The translations under genes were made by a program, and so were the position numbers. From sequence record MK599315.1: DNA of 64,000 bases. The stretch is one strand, 5' to 3'. The notes under the pieces are model-generated. The model worked only from the letters and a program-made list of their open reading frames with translations, made no database searches and was not told the origin of the DNA. Shown piece by piece: positions 9,816-19,192 of the stretch (the first letter of the stretch is position 1; the number at the start of each line of letters is the position of its first letter).

Positions 9816-9851
9816 CTGTTTCTTCTAACCCTCATTGCAAGGATTTAATTT

Positions 9852-10190
9852 ATGGATACCGATAAGCGTTATCAAGAGCTGTGGAAGAAAACAATAGTCA
9901 TGGTTGTCACCGATACGGTCATGTCGCATCCAAGTTGCTTGGATAAAGAGCATGTACATTTCTGCGATGGGACGCAGGTGATAATCGGTGATACCAGTTT
10001 TGATCCGGAAGTAAAAACCTGGACAATCGCCGTAGGTACCGGTCCTGGTATCCTTCACTTCGATGTGACCGTTCATGACGGTGGCGTAATAATTAATGAC
10101 TACGCTAGTCGCGGTTGTATCGAATCTGCTGAGCTATACCGTGACTGTGCACAGGTTCTTGTGAAATGGGCCGAGTATGTAACTCGATAA
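9852..10190 (+). CDS. hypothetical protein
   Basis: Co-directional ORF with AGGA RBS. Confidence 0.75.
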   Translation: MDTDKRYQELWKKTIVMVVTDTVMSHPSCLDKEHVHFCDGTQVIIGDTSFDPEVKTWTIAVGTGPGILHFDVTVHDGGVIINDYASRGCIESAELYRDCAQVLVKWAEYVTR

Positions 10191-10200
10191 GGAAAAAGTA

Positions 10201-10593
10201 ATGGATCAAGAATTCCATCGCCTTCGTCGTAATGAACTTTATATCCTTGAACACGATGCAATCTCAATGGCATTGTTCAGGTTCATTCTCGATAAAGTTA
10301 CACCAGAGAAGCTTCCATATATCCTCAACAACATCACTGGTCCAGATAACCACTCGGTTGATGTGAGGATTGATTGGAAATCTGAAGCACCAGAACGTTT
10401 CATCGTCCATATCACGGCAACTCGTGACAAAGAGACATCTTGGATCGAATATGAATTCGACATAGACTGCATGAACCATTTGACGATCTTTAAGAAATAT
10501 CGTCAAGGAAGTCGCTCTGAGGGTTGGATGAGAAGTCTTCTTCATGAAGTGCTTCGCTACGTAGCCCAGAACTGCGATGCATTAAAAGCTTAA
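10201..10593 (+). CDS. hypothetical protein
   Basis: ORF with AAGGA RBS. Confidence 0.8.
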   Translation: MDQEFHRLRRNELYILEHDAISMALFRFILDKVTPEKLPYILNNITGPDNHSVDVRIDWKSEAPERFIVHITATRDKETSWIEYEFDIDCMNHLTIFKKYRQGSRSEGWMRSLLHEVLRYVAQNCDALKA

Positions 10594-10708
10594 GGTGCAT
10601 AAAGCCCTCTCCCGAAGGAGAGGGCACTCTATCTTTTTCTTTACCGTTAAAGATTATCTCAGATCTACATCATGTAGATGATCATGAACTCATTACTAGG
10701 AGGTGTCC

Positions 10709-11188
10709 ATGATAGAACTACATCCTATTTTGGAGTCGGTTGTACTTACAGCCATCCGTTCTTCTACCATGGCATGCGGTAGAGCGGACGAGCTTGAAGA
10801 GGAATATAGGGCATTCTTTGCCGAGCCTCAATTTAAGCGCCGGATTCCAATTAAAGATAAGAAACATTGGTTCACAGTTGAAAGTGGTCAACAATTCCTT
10901 TATCGTGAACACGTGCTTGATTTAATGAGCGGTGTGGACGATGAGGATGATGATGACGAAGACCTCGATGATACCCTAGACGAAGAGGATATGTCCAAAC
11001 TTCGATTCTATCAATTGCAGATTGAAGATGGTCCGATCTATTATGGTTCATTCGATCCGCTTGATCTAATCGATCTTGAAGATGCATATGAAACGGGTAT
11101 TCTCCAAACTAAAACTTGGATGGACGTAATTCTCGTTAATTGTGGATTCTTTGTTGATCCTAACGAGAAGATCCTTTTTCCTCAATAG
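10709..11188 (+). CDS. hypothetical acidic protein
   Basis: GGAGG RBS, ATG 10709; tract DDEDDDDEDLDDTLDEED. Confidence 0.8.
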   Translation: MIELHPILESVVLTAIRSSTMACGRADELEEEYRAFFAEPQFKRRIPIKDKKHWFTVESGQQFLYREHVLDLMSGVDDEDDDDEDLDDTLDEEDMSKLRFYQLQIEDGPIYYGSFDPLDLIDLEDAYETGILQTKTWMDVILVNCGFFVDPNEKILFPQ

Positions 11189-11211
11189 TACTAACGCTTA
11201 ACGTGGAGTAA

Positions 11212-11820
11212 ATGATGGATATTGTAGCAGAAGCATATCAGCAAGTTAAAGCTATCTTGGATACTCGCATCCCGTCGAACGTGCTTCCGCTATGGAAAGG
11301 GCATCACACAGTAGAGTTAGCAGCAGCTATTGGCGTAGGTTATACGGTCGGTTCTGGTGAACGACGTAAAGGTTCTGGGCTACCGGTATGGACGCATTTA
11401 CACAATGCAGCATCCATCGGTAAAATGTTTGGGCTTGGTCCTGGCGAACAGGCTGCCTTGTGGTTACATGACATCGTCGAAGATAGTAGCTGGACTCTCG
11501 ATGACGTTCTAACTCATTTCACGCCGTATATCACCAAACTTGTACAAGGTTTAACGCAGCCGAATTTTGATGCTCCTCGGAAAGTTCGAATCGATGCGTA
11601 TCATCGGCAATTAGAAGAATGTTGTGACGTTACACAGACGTGCAAACTTATTGAATCTCTCACCAACGTGTATGTCATCGTTGATGATGCTCCTAAGTTT
11701 GCGCCCGTCTTCCTCAAAGAGAAATTGGACCTCTATAATCGAATGACTAAAGCTCATCCGGTAGTAAGAGATGTATTCAAGATTTTCTTAGACGAGGCAT
11801 TTGCTAAACTGGAGGCTTAA
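11212..11820 (+). CDS. HD-domain hydrolase, Mesh1/SpoT (small alarmone hydrolase)-like
   Basis: GERRKGSGLPVWTH and AALWLHDIVEDSSWTLDDV resemble the Mesh1 R..PY..H and LHDTVEDT motifs. Confidence 0.8.
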   Translation: MMDIVAEAYQQVKAILDTRIPSNVLPLWKGHHTVELAAAIGVGYTVGSGERRKGSGLPVWTHLHNAASIGKMFGLGPGEQAALWLHDIVEDSSWTLDDVLTHFTPYITKLVQGLTQPNFDAPRKVRIDAYHRQLEECCDVTQTCKLIESLTNVYVIVDDAPKFAPVFLKEKLDLYNRMTKAHPVVRDVFKIFLDEAFAKLEA

Positions 11821-12092
11821 TGTCATACTACCTTGCTTTTATAGTTGGTATAGTAACCGCCTATATCTCTGCTTATCATGAGAGTGTAGCGATAGTTATG
11901 TTCATAGGTACATCCATCTGGTTCTACCTTTATATACAACTGGAAGCACGTGGTATTTGGAAAGATATTTTCAAATGGTCACCCGTGTGGTATAAACGTT
12001 GGGTAATTGGACATAACTTTTTGATGCCATGCGTATTCGCTATATGGATTGGCTATCTGGTTGGTCCAATTGTAGAGTCGTATGCTATCTAA
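11820..12092 (+). CDS. hypothetical membrane protein (2-3 TM)
   Basis: Strongly hydrophobic 90-aa ORF. Confidence 0.7.
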   Translation: MSYYLAFIVGIVTAYISAYHESVAIVMFIGTSIWFYLYIQLEARGIWKDIFKWSPVWYKRWVIGHNFLMPCVFAIWIGYLVGPIVESYAI

Positions 12093-12198
12093 CATAGTCC
12101 TCCCTTCGGGGAGGACTTTATGTTGGATGGATATTACATTTAAAACATTTGAATCACTACATAACAAACTTGACATATACTCAAAAGAGGTTAAGGAG

Positions 12199-12555
12199 AT
12201 GAAACGCTATATAATCGCTTTTCTGATCATGATGTTTACTGGTTGCCAACCATCGTTCGCTGAACGTGATCAACAGATAACCGAAAAATCCTGTAAGATC
12301 GCTGTATCTATGTCCCGCGATGTTATCAAGATCTTTCGGAATGGCGGCGACCAGTTCCAAGCAATGTCTTATTTGAATAAGCGTATGGGTGACACCGATA
12401 ACGATGATATTCGTACTGGGGCCATCTATGCACAAGTTCTTGTAATAGATATTAAACGCAACATAACTAAACGTTTTCCTGATAAAGATATTATCCAGGC
12501 GATAATCGAAAGTTGTGAAGCTAACGTGGGTTACAAATTCGCAGGGAGTAAATGA
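12199..12555 (+). CDS. hypothetical exported/lipoprotein-like protein
   Basis: AAGGAG RBS, ATG 12199; MKRYIIAFLIMMFTGC signal-like N-terminus. Confidence 0.75.
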   Translation: MKRYIIAFLIMMFTGCQPSFAERDQQITEKSCKIAVSMSRDVIKIFRNGGDQFQAMSYLNKRMGDTDNDDIRTGAIYAQVLVIDIKRNITKRFPDKDIIQAIIESCEANVGYKFAGSK

Positions 12556-13007
12556 ATATGTTCGTCCGTCTTATTGTAGGTTTTGTAATGCTGATGGTGT
12601 TGAGTGTAGCCAATGCTGCACCGCCGCCTAAAGGTTTCATGCGGGATACCCGTGTGGTCGATGTAGAGCTTTGTGAAAAAGTTGAGATCATCGCAACTGC
12701 TCTCGCTATTGACAACATGAAAAGTAATGTAAGTGTTCGTGATCTCTCGCAACAGGTCGTTACCGCTCTTTTGAACAACGAAACAAAAGATCCGACCAGT
12801 TGGGCAGTATTCCACTACATTGCAGTTTATTCACCAACCCTGCATAATAACCTTTATAGTAAAACCTACCGCCTTAATTGGCTTAACCTAAAAGGTAATC
12901 TCAGTCAGTATCCTGACTTTATCGGTGGTGCCACTTATCTCGATTGTAAGGAAGCCATCGGTACTAAGTTCGAATACCTTCGTCCCATCAATGGACGCGC
13001 CCTCTAA
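12552..13007 (+). CDS. hypothetical exported protein
   Basis: Signal peptide ending in ANA-A. Confidence 0.75.
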   Translation: MNMFVRLIVGFVMLMVLSVANAAPPPKGFMRDTRVVDVELCEKVEIIATALAIDNMKSNVSVRDLSQQVVTALLNNETKDPTSWAVFHYIAVYSPTLHNNLYSKTYRLNWLNLKGNLSQYPDFIGGATYLDCKEAIGTKFEYLRPINGRAL

Positions 13008-13021
13008 ATTAAGGAGATCCC

Positions 13022-13471
13022 ATGAAATACGTAGCTGCTTTCGTTCTTATGTTCTTCTCTTTCGCTGTTAATGCGAATAATTACCTTGCGTTGAACGATG
13101 ACGTTTGCGCACTGGTATATCAAACCAGTATTGTTGTAGGTAATCAGATCGAAGAGAAAAACGCCAATTCCGATCAGGCTTCTATTGCCGTTCAGAATGC
13201 GTACTGGACTCTCTGGAACAAAGCAAAAGATATGCCTAAAACCATGGAGTACGAAATCACCGCGAATCTTACTGCGCTGTGGTATATCAAAGATAAGATC
13301 GTTAACTTCCATGTCGATATCACTCGGTATAGGAAACAGTTTGGTCCTAACGGCTTTAATGGAATGACCGCTACTGATCGTGCTGCGGAAAGGCTTTTCT
13401 CTGCATGCAGGATGAGTAAGAGTTTTGATCCTAAACCGTTTACTGTACCTAATCCAGCAGATAAGAAATAA
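13022..13471 (+). CDS. hypothetical exported protein
   Basis: AAGGAG RBS; MKYVAAFVLMFFSFAVNA signal peptide. Confidence 0.8.
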   Translation: MKYVAAFVLMFFSFAVNANNYLALNDDVCALVYQTSIVVGNQIEEKNANSDQASIAVQNAYWTLWNKAKDMPKTMEYEITANLTALWYIKDKIVNFHVDITRYRKQFGPNGFNGMTATDRAAERLFSACRMSKSFDPKPFTVPNPADKK

Positions 13472-13528
13472 ATGCATATGCCCTCTCCTTCGGGAGAGGG
13501 CTGTATGTACTAAAATTTTTTTCAGATC

Positions 13529-13536
13529 TATATTAC
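13529..13536 (+). promoter_or_regulatory. phiKZ-type early promoter motif TATATTAC
   Basis: Exact match directly after terminator hairpin. Confidence 0.7.
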
Positions 13537-13566
13537 GTATTTGCTGAATCCATAAGGACTTTACAA

Positions 13567-13737
13567 ATGACGTATAAGAGGAAACAGTCTATCTGGTTAA
13601 TGATAATTGGACTAGTCGTCTTTGTCATTATTGCCTGTATCTACACGAAGAAACACGCTGAACGTCAAGTTGAGCAATGTAAAAAATATCCCCTTTCTTG
13701 TCAAGAGGTAGTTACACATGTCCAGTCGTTCCGCTGA
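13567..13737 (+). CDS. small membrane protein (not in ORF track)
   Basis: 56 aa, MTYKRKQSIWLMIIGLVVFVIIACIYTKK...; AAGGA RBS; first ORF after promoter. Confidence 0.6.
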   Translation: MTYKRKQSIWLMIIGLVVFVIIACIYTKKHAERQVEQCKKYPLSCQEVVTHVQSFR

Positions 13738-13912
13738 TCGTCTTCAAGTACTTGTAAATGGTGGTAAATCGGTTATCGCTACAAACCCAGATATCGCAAA
13801 ACGTATCACCAGTCTTGAGATAGGTTGGGAAGAACGTTCTGGTGAATTACTTCCCACTGTAAAAATTACATTCCGAGATCCAGAACCTTTGAGGGGTGGT
13901 GTAATTGGCTAA
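13718..13912 (+). CDS. hypothetical protein
   Basis: GAGG RBS, packed ORF. Confidence 0.65.
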   Translation: MSSRSADRLQVLVNGGKSVIATNPDIAKRITSLEIGWEERSGELLPTVKITFRDPEPLRGGVIG

Positions 13913-14399
13913 CAAGATCGCAATAATCCACGGTACATGGATGCCTGATCCAGATAATGAGACCGGCTGGGAACTCGCTGTCGTTCCGCTTGTTCAGACG
14001 TATTGCAATTCAAATTGTACTCGTTATATCCCTGGTGGTCAATTCAGTCTGATTAATCTGACTGATGATACTGTTCTCGATAAGGCTATTAATAACTCAA
14101 TGTCATTTACGCATGACATTGAAACCTTTATCAAGGTAACAAATAAACCAGGTATTCATCGAATGACACCTGTTCCTAAAACAGGTAGTATCACCATGCA
14201 TAATCTCGGCCAGTTGGACGATGGAGGTGAAGAGTATGATGTTTACCTGATGATCCCAAGTAATATTAATGCCGCTCTTAAAGACCGGTGTTTTGAATGG
14301 GAAGGGATGTACTTACTGAGAGACATCGAGGTTGAAGAAGATGAGCTGTTGGAATTGGCTACCTTGGAACTTCTCAAGCAAGTCCGCTTCGGTGAATGA
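13905..14399 (+). CDS. hypothetical protein
   Basis: Packed ORF. Confidence 0.75.
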   Translation: MANKIAIIHGTWMPDPDNETGWELAVVPLVQTYCNSNCTRYIPGGQFSLINLTDDTVLDKAINNSMSFTHDIETFIKVTNKPGIHRMTPVPKTGSITMHNLGQLDDGGEEYDVYLMIPSNINAALKDRCFEWEGMYLLRDIEVEEDELLELATLELLKQVRFGE

Positions 14400-14787
14400 C
14401 TCAAATGTCACGTCACTAAATAAAAAAGAGTTATCTTTTATGCTTCGAGATAGAACCATTGTCATAGATTCTAAAGAAGAGTTCTATGACAAATATGTTC
14501 GCTACATGACAACTCAAATTCTTCGGGATATCCGTTCTGAAATGGAATTGGATGATTATGGTGGAAATTACGCGAACGTAAAATATGATTCGTCTGGAGC
14601 AGCCTGGTTCGAAATACATGTATCCCACATACTCACAAAAGAGTTAAAACTCTCTCTAAGAGAAGCAATGGGTAAGCATGGTTGGTTAATTGAAATCATT
14701 GATGAGGCTAGCCCTACTAATGAAACAGGTGAGTCAATTGTGACCCGTATTAAAATCTATCTCACTCATGGAGAGCTTGTCCGATGA
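14392..14787 (+). CDS. hypothetical protein (xGW paralog family); start uncertain (14392 or 14440)
   Basis: LKLSLREAMGKHGWLIEII. Confidence 0.7.
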   Translation: MNDSNVTSLNKKELSFMLRDRTIVIDSKEEFYDKYVRYMTTQILRDIRSEMELDDYGGNYANVKYDSSGAAWFEIHVSHILTKELKLSLREAMGKHGWLIEIIDEASPTNETGESIVTRIKIYLTHGELVR

Positions 14788-15128
14788 CCCTTGGTATTTC
14801 AAAATCGCTTCTGGAAGATGCAATCAAAACTCTCCGGATGGAAACCGACAATTGTTCTATTCCGACAAAAAGTGAAGTTATTGCGATGCTGGTAGAACGC
14901 CAGGCTAATGAAGTCTGTGCAAGCATCCGTAAAAAGATCCTTGAAGATCTACCTGGTTTCAATAACTTCCATTATGTCAGAAACTATGAGATTGTTGTCG
15001 AACATAAAGACGACATTGCTTTGTCTGTAAAGAAAGTTGTTAAAGCGCGGTTGAAAGAAGCAGGATGGACGAAGGTAGAGTTCTGCGAACATAGTTGCGG
15101 TATTACAAAGATCAGGATCAAGCTATGA
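14784..15128 (+). CDS. hypothetical protein (xGW paralog family)
   Basis: VKARLKEAGWTKVEF; ATGA overlap. Confidence 0.75.
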   Translation: MTLGISKSLLEDAIKTLRMETDNCSIPTKSEVIAMLVERQANEVCASIRKKILEDLPGFNNFHYVRNYEIVVEHKDDIALSVKKVVKARLKEAGWTKVEFCEHSCGITKIRIKL

Positions 15129-15547
15129 AAAACACCCGTTTAGTAGAAGTGGCTAAACATGCCTATTGTTTAATCGGTGGTCTGCCTGAGCCAGAAGACC
15201 TTGATGAAAATGAAAAAGAATACTGGGCGACTATACCGAGTGAAGACATCAAACTTGCTTCACATTGGAAACTCGTATCTACCGGTCCTCTTTACGACCT
15301 CCTGATGAAGTTTAGTAAAATAGACCACGATCGAGTTAACCCTTATCCGGGTGGTCCCACTCTTAACACCGATGAACTTGAAACATTCAGGATTCCAGGT
15401 GAAGATGAGGGTGCTTTGATTTGGCGTGATGTCTGTATCACGTGGTACAAACGACCAGGGCGTTGCATGTGTGCTTCAAGGGATCTCACCGATGAAGAAC
15501 TCGTGCAACTAGAACAAGAACTCAACAAAGCGATCGAAAAACCATGA
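15125..15547 (+). CDS. hypothetical protein
   Basis: ATGA overlap at 15125. Confidence 0.75.
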   Translation: MKNTRLVEVAKHAYCLIGGLPEPEDLDENEKEYWATIPSEDIKLASHWKLVSTGPLYDLLMKFSKIDHDRVNPYPGGPTLNTDELETFRIPGEDEGALIWRDVCITWYKRPGRCMCASRDLTDEELVQLEQELNKAIEKP

Positions 15548-15912
15548 CCGTATATTTCGAAGGCACTGGTGAACCGCGCGCAGCCACGTTCAGTGAAGTA
15601 CGTGATCTGTTTATAGACGCGGTGAATAGTAAACGAGATGAAATTCTCGCTGAAGCTGAACAAGGTAAGTATGAGGCATACGTCAATCCGAATGCTGCCA
15701 TGGCGGATGATATTGTCTCCGGTGTACTCGGTGTGATTGAAGGTAACCATCCCGACTGTCCCGGTTTTTCACTCATTCCTAAGGTGGGTGAAGAAGAAAA
15801 AGCCGAAGCTATTGAAGCAGGTGGAAACTGGATTCCATTCGCATCTGAAGATGTGGAAGCAATCGATATTTCCGATGGGGTAGTTGATTATTTCAAATTG
15901 GTAAACAGCTAA
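15544..15912 (+). CDS. hypothetical protein (YFxxVN paralog family)
   Basis: C-terminus DGVVDYFKLVNS. Confidence 0.8.
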   Translation: MTVYFEGTGEPRAATFSEVRDLFIDAVNSKRDEILAEAEQGKYEAYVNPNAAMADDIVSGVLGVIEGNHPDCPGFSLIPKVGEEEKAEAIEAGGNWIPFASEDVEAIDISDGVVDYFKLVNS

Positions 15913-16412
15913 TGAACTACAGTATCATCGAAGCTCCCATTCTTGTGAAGATGTCCCTACGTTCGATCATAGAGAACAAACTTTACGAACAATCCGGTTC
16001 ACTCTGTCGTTATATCAAAACCATTCTGAAAAATGGTACCGTGAGACGTTACCGTGTGGTAATGGCGATCGATGATACTGATGGTGCACTGGTTGGTTAT
16101 ATCTTGCACAATACTGGCCGTCGTAATCTCTGTATGTTCTACGTTAAACCCGAATTCCGGCGAAAAGGCGTCGGTTCAGGTATGGTGAAAGAACTACGAC
16201 GATTGACTGGTTCAAAACTTCTACGTGGTTATTATGGTTTCCATGGATACCAACATTTCTACGAGAAGCATTACATCTACCAAGTCGATGCTGACTTCAC
16301 GACTGAAGAAACTAAACGCATTCTGAGGGGTGAAGTTAAAGCATCATCCATTCTGAAATACCGGCAACACAAACTACGTCTTAAAACCAAACAACTTGTA
16401 GGAGAAGCTTAA
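15912..16412 (+). CDS. GNAT family acetyltransferase
   Basis: Acetyl-CoA motif A: FYVKPEFRRKGVGSGMV. Confidence 0.8.
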   Translation: MNYSIIEAPILVKMSLRSIIENKLYEQSGSLCRYIKTILKNGTVRRYRVVMAIDDTDGALVGYILHNTGRRNLCMFYVKPEFRRKGVGSGMVKELRRLTGSKLLRGYYGFHGYQHFYEKHYIYQVDADFTTEETKRILRGEVKASSILKYRQHKLRLKTKQLVGEA

Positions 16413-16702
16413 TGGCTACTCAACTGATTGGCGCTGCTGTAGAAGTACGTACCGAGGCAATTGAACTGTTCAAGAACAAAGTTCGTGAACTCAGTAAAGA
16501 TGACACCAACGACGGCAATGATGTTCTTTGCGGGGCAGCTGCTGCCGCTATTGACTATGCGGTGGGTGGTGTTCTCGACGCTGTTGAAAACCATTACGAG
16601 GATATCATCACTGGGTCTACCGACCACGATGAAGACCCTGGTGTGAATCTCACTTGTGTCTCCGGGCTCTCGGAAACCTACTTCGAGTCCGTGAATACCT
16701 GA
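16412..16702 (+). CDS. hypothetical protein (YFxxVN paralog family)
   Basis: C-terminus GLSETYFESVNT. Confidence 0.8.
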   Translation: MATQLIGAAVEVRTEAIELFKNKVRELSKDDTNDGNDVLCGAAAAAIDYAVGGVLDAVENHYEDIITGSTDHDEDPGVNLTCVSGLSETYFESVNT

Positions 16703-17043
16703 TGAAGGTTCCTTCGTTAGATTGGAACGATCCAGACCTTGACTCCTTGCTCCGAGTGAGTGGGGAGTTTTCTGCCGTTGTTATCGACCTTGAGAAATCC
16801 ATTATCAATGTCGGTGTTGCAATGTTAAATGATCTTCTGGATAAAGCAACGGTTGACGTGGTTGACAAGACGGGTATAGCTGAAGGACCTGTCCGTGAAT
16901 GGCTCACTGACTTTGCTTACAAGCTCGGTGACATTAACCTCTCCGCTGTGAAAATGGTGGAGAACCATTCTCTGGATACTTCAGCTGCTAGTCACGTTGT
17001 GGGTTCCATCTACTCCTATCACTACGACAGGGTTAACACATGA
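16702..17043 (+). CDS. hypothetical protein
   Basis: TGATG overlap at 16702. Confidence 0.7.
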   Translation: MKVPSLDWNDPDLDSLLRVSGEFSAVVIDLEKSIINVGVAMLNDLLDKATVDVVDKTGIAEGPVREWLTDFAYKLGDINLSAVKMVENHSLDTSAASHVVGSIYSYHYDRVNT

Positions 17044-17235
17044 GTGATCCGGCTAACGCTCTTATCGAGTATTACGCATCTCGTGGTCTTAGTGGCGTAA
17101 TGGCTACACATGAACTACATACACAGATCAATGGCGATCACATCATCTTCGGTGGTGGTTGGACCGAGACAACAGAGAAAGCAGCATCATGCTAAGGCGG
17201 CGAATGAAGCGTAGTTCCATAACCGAGGTGAATGT

Positions 17236-17571
17236 ATGGAAGAAGCGAAAGTAGAATACCCCTACCATGATAACGAATTTCAGAGCGGGAAAACAAAATT
17301 CCTACAAGATGAAATTCGCGAACGGGTAGATGGCATCATCAATGAAGGTTTCGCTGATATTTCATATAACGGCGAAGGACGAATGATGTCTAAACTCTTC
17401 ACTGATACTGCAAGAAAAGCTGCTTTGGCTACTATCGATGCTATTCAGACTCATGGTCAAATCATGATCGTCGGTAGTGATGTGTACGATGAAGAGGGTA
17501 AAATCCGCCTCACTAGTACGCCGTGGTATCCTGATCTCACGCAATCTCTTTTTGAGGGAGTTAACACGTGA
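17236..17571 (+). CDS. hypothetical protein (YFxxVN paralog family)
   Basis: GAGGTG RBS; C-terminus DLTQSLFEGVNT. Confidence 0.8.
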   Translation: MEEAKVEYPYHDNEFQSGKTKFLQDEIRERVDGIINEGFADISYNGEGRMMSKLFTDTARKAALATIDAIQTHGQIMIVGSDVYDEEGKIRLTSTPWYPDLTQSLFEGVNT

Positions 17572-17912
17572 CTGATACGAAAGATGATTGTCCCTTTAAA
17601 CCTACAAAAGAGTGGTTAAGAGCAAATGACTTATTCCTCCAAGAGTTTTCAGAAACTCATGAAACGTTCAGCCGAGAAAATGTGCTCCGTTACACGGACG
17701 CTGCACAACAAGACGCGTTCGATGAAGGAATTAAAGAAGGTATCCTTCTGGCCCTTCGGTTCCTGAGTTCAGGTAACTATCGTTGCTCCAGGGATTATGA
17801 CTCTAAGCTCAAGCGGAGTAAATCTGTAACTGATCGCGCTGTTGGTGTTAGGCTTATTTCTGATAATAACAATACCTTAGCAGATCAATATTTCAAACAC
17901 GTTAATCAATGA
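17568..17912 (+). CDS. hypothetical protein (YFxxVN family-like)
   Basis: GTGA overlap; ends TLADQYFKHVNQ. Confidence 0.75.
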   Translation: MTDTKDDCPFKPTKEWLRANDLFLQEFSETHETFSRENVLRYTDAAQQDAFDEGIKEGILLALRFLSSGNYRCSRDYDSKLKRSKSVTDRAVGVRLISDNNNTLADQYFKHVNQ

Positions 17913-17919
17913 GGTAAGT

Positions 17920-18270
17920 ATGCATAATCTAAACATCGTTATTATTGGTAGTCCATTCCTCTATGGAATCCTCACACTGATTTCGATTGGTCTGGCGGGA
18001 TGGATTCTGTTCTCTAAAAAGAACTGGGTAAAACAACTTGGTTTTGCAAAACGCTTCCTGATCGCTCTGGTTATCGTTATCTTCTTCCAGGCATCTTTGC
18101 TTCAGATCACTACTCCGGTAAAACCTTCAGCTGTGGCTCGTTTCGATGCACCGCTGGTTGATCAATCAACTATCCCGGAAAAAGTTACTAAACCCCAAGA
18201 TAATGTGTCGAAAGCTCAATCTTCTTTTGACGAACAACTCAAGAAATCCAAACAGGAAAACGCGCAATGA
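17920..18270 (+). CDS. two-TM membrane protein, SPFH partner
   Basis: Two hydrophobic helices; translationally coupled to the SPFH gene. Confidence 0.8.
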   Translation: MHNLNIVIIGSPFLYGILTLISIGLAGWILFSKKNWVKQLGFAKRFLIALVIVIFFQASLLQITTPVKPSAVARFDAPLVDQSTIPEKVTKPQDNVSKAQSSFDEQLKKSKQENAQ

Positions 18271-19133
18271 AAAAGTACGTCCAATTTGTTTTTGCAATTC
18301 TGATCGCTCTCGTAGTCACCGGTTGTTCGTTTGAGGTTATTCCTCCTGCGCACAAAGGTAAGCTACTCACTGTTAACGGCTATTCCCCGGAAGTTCTCGA
18401 ACCCGGTAAACTCACTGTCTATGGACGTGATCAACTCATCCTGCTGGATGGTTCGGTTCAGACCAAAAACGAACAACTGACTGTAAAGATGGCAGATAAA
18501 CTCGATCTGACTTTTACTGTTAGTTTCCGTACTCGCGTTGCTGGTAACGAACAAGTTATCAACGCCATGTTCAACTCGATCACCGTTGTTGACAACATCG
18601 TTACCCTGGATCAAGTTTACAGTATCTACGGGCGTGATGTAGTTAGCTCGGTTTCTCGTTCTGTGCTCGGCAAATATAAAGTCGAAGAAGTTCCTGCAAA
18701 CTTCGATAAGATCACTGCTGATCTTCTGGCCAAACTCCAAGAAGCAATGAAAAATTCTCCGCTTGAAGTATCTAACGTTACTCTCGGTAGTCTGAAGTAT
18801 CCGAGTGTTATTACTGAAGCTATTGAGAAACAAGCTGAGCGTGAACTTGCTATTCAGACCGAGAATAACCAGCAAGCGATTGAAATGACCAAACGCACTA
18901 ACGCCTTGAAACTGGCCGAAGCTGATCGTGAGGTTGAGCTGACTAAAGCACGTACCCTGCGTGATCAGAACCAAATCGTTGCTGCGGGTATTAGCGAGAA
19001 GCTTCTGCAATATCGTGCTCTGGAAGTTCAAGAAAAAATGGCTAACAGTCTGGGTAACTCCGGCTCGTCCATCTTCGTTCCATATGAAGCACTGAACAGC
19101 ACTGGCATGAGCAATCGTGTATTCAGCAAGTAA
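18267..19133 (+). CDS. SPFH/Band-7 (prohibitin-like) lipoprotein
   Basis: Lipobox LVVTGC; VIPPAHKG; SPFH core; C-terminal coiled coil. Confidence 0.85.
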   Translation: MKKYVQFVFAILIALVVTGCSFEVIPPAHKGKLLTVNGYSPEVLEPGKLTVYGRDQLILLDGSVQTKNEQLTVKMADKLDLTFTVSFRTRVAGNEQVINAMFNSITVVDNIVTLDQVYSIYGRDVVSSVSRSVLGKYKVEEVPANFDKITADLLAKLQEAMKNSPLEVSNVTLGSLKYPSVITEAIEKQAERELAIQTENNQQAIEMTKRTNALKLAEADREVELTKARTLRDQNQIVAAGISEKLLQYRALEVQEKMANSLGNSGSSIFVPYEALNSTGMSNRVFSK

Positions 19134-19192
19134 TTTAATCTGCGTCTCCTAAGAGACGCAGCTATACCTTCTCTCTAATTAAGGATACGAAA

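Noticed and set aside
10940-10995. DNA-mimic function for the acidic tract of 10709-11188
   Set aside because: A single low-complexity Asp/Glu run in an otherwise ordinary protein is too weak to support this.
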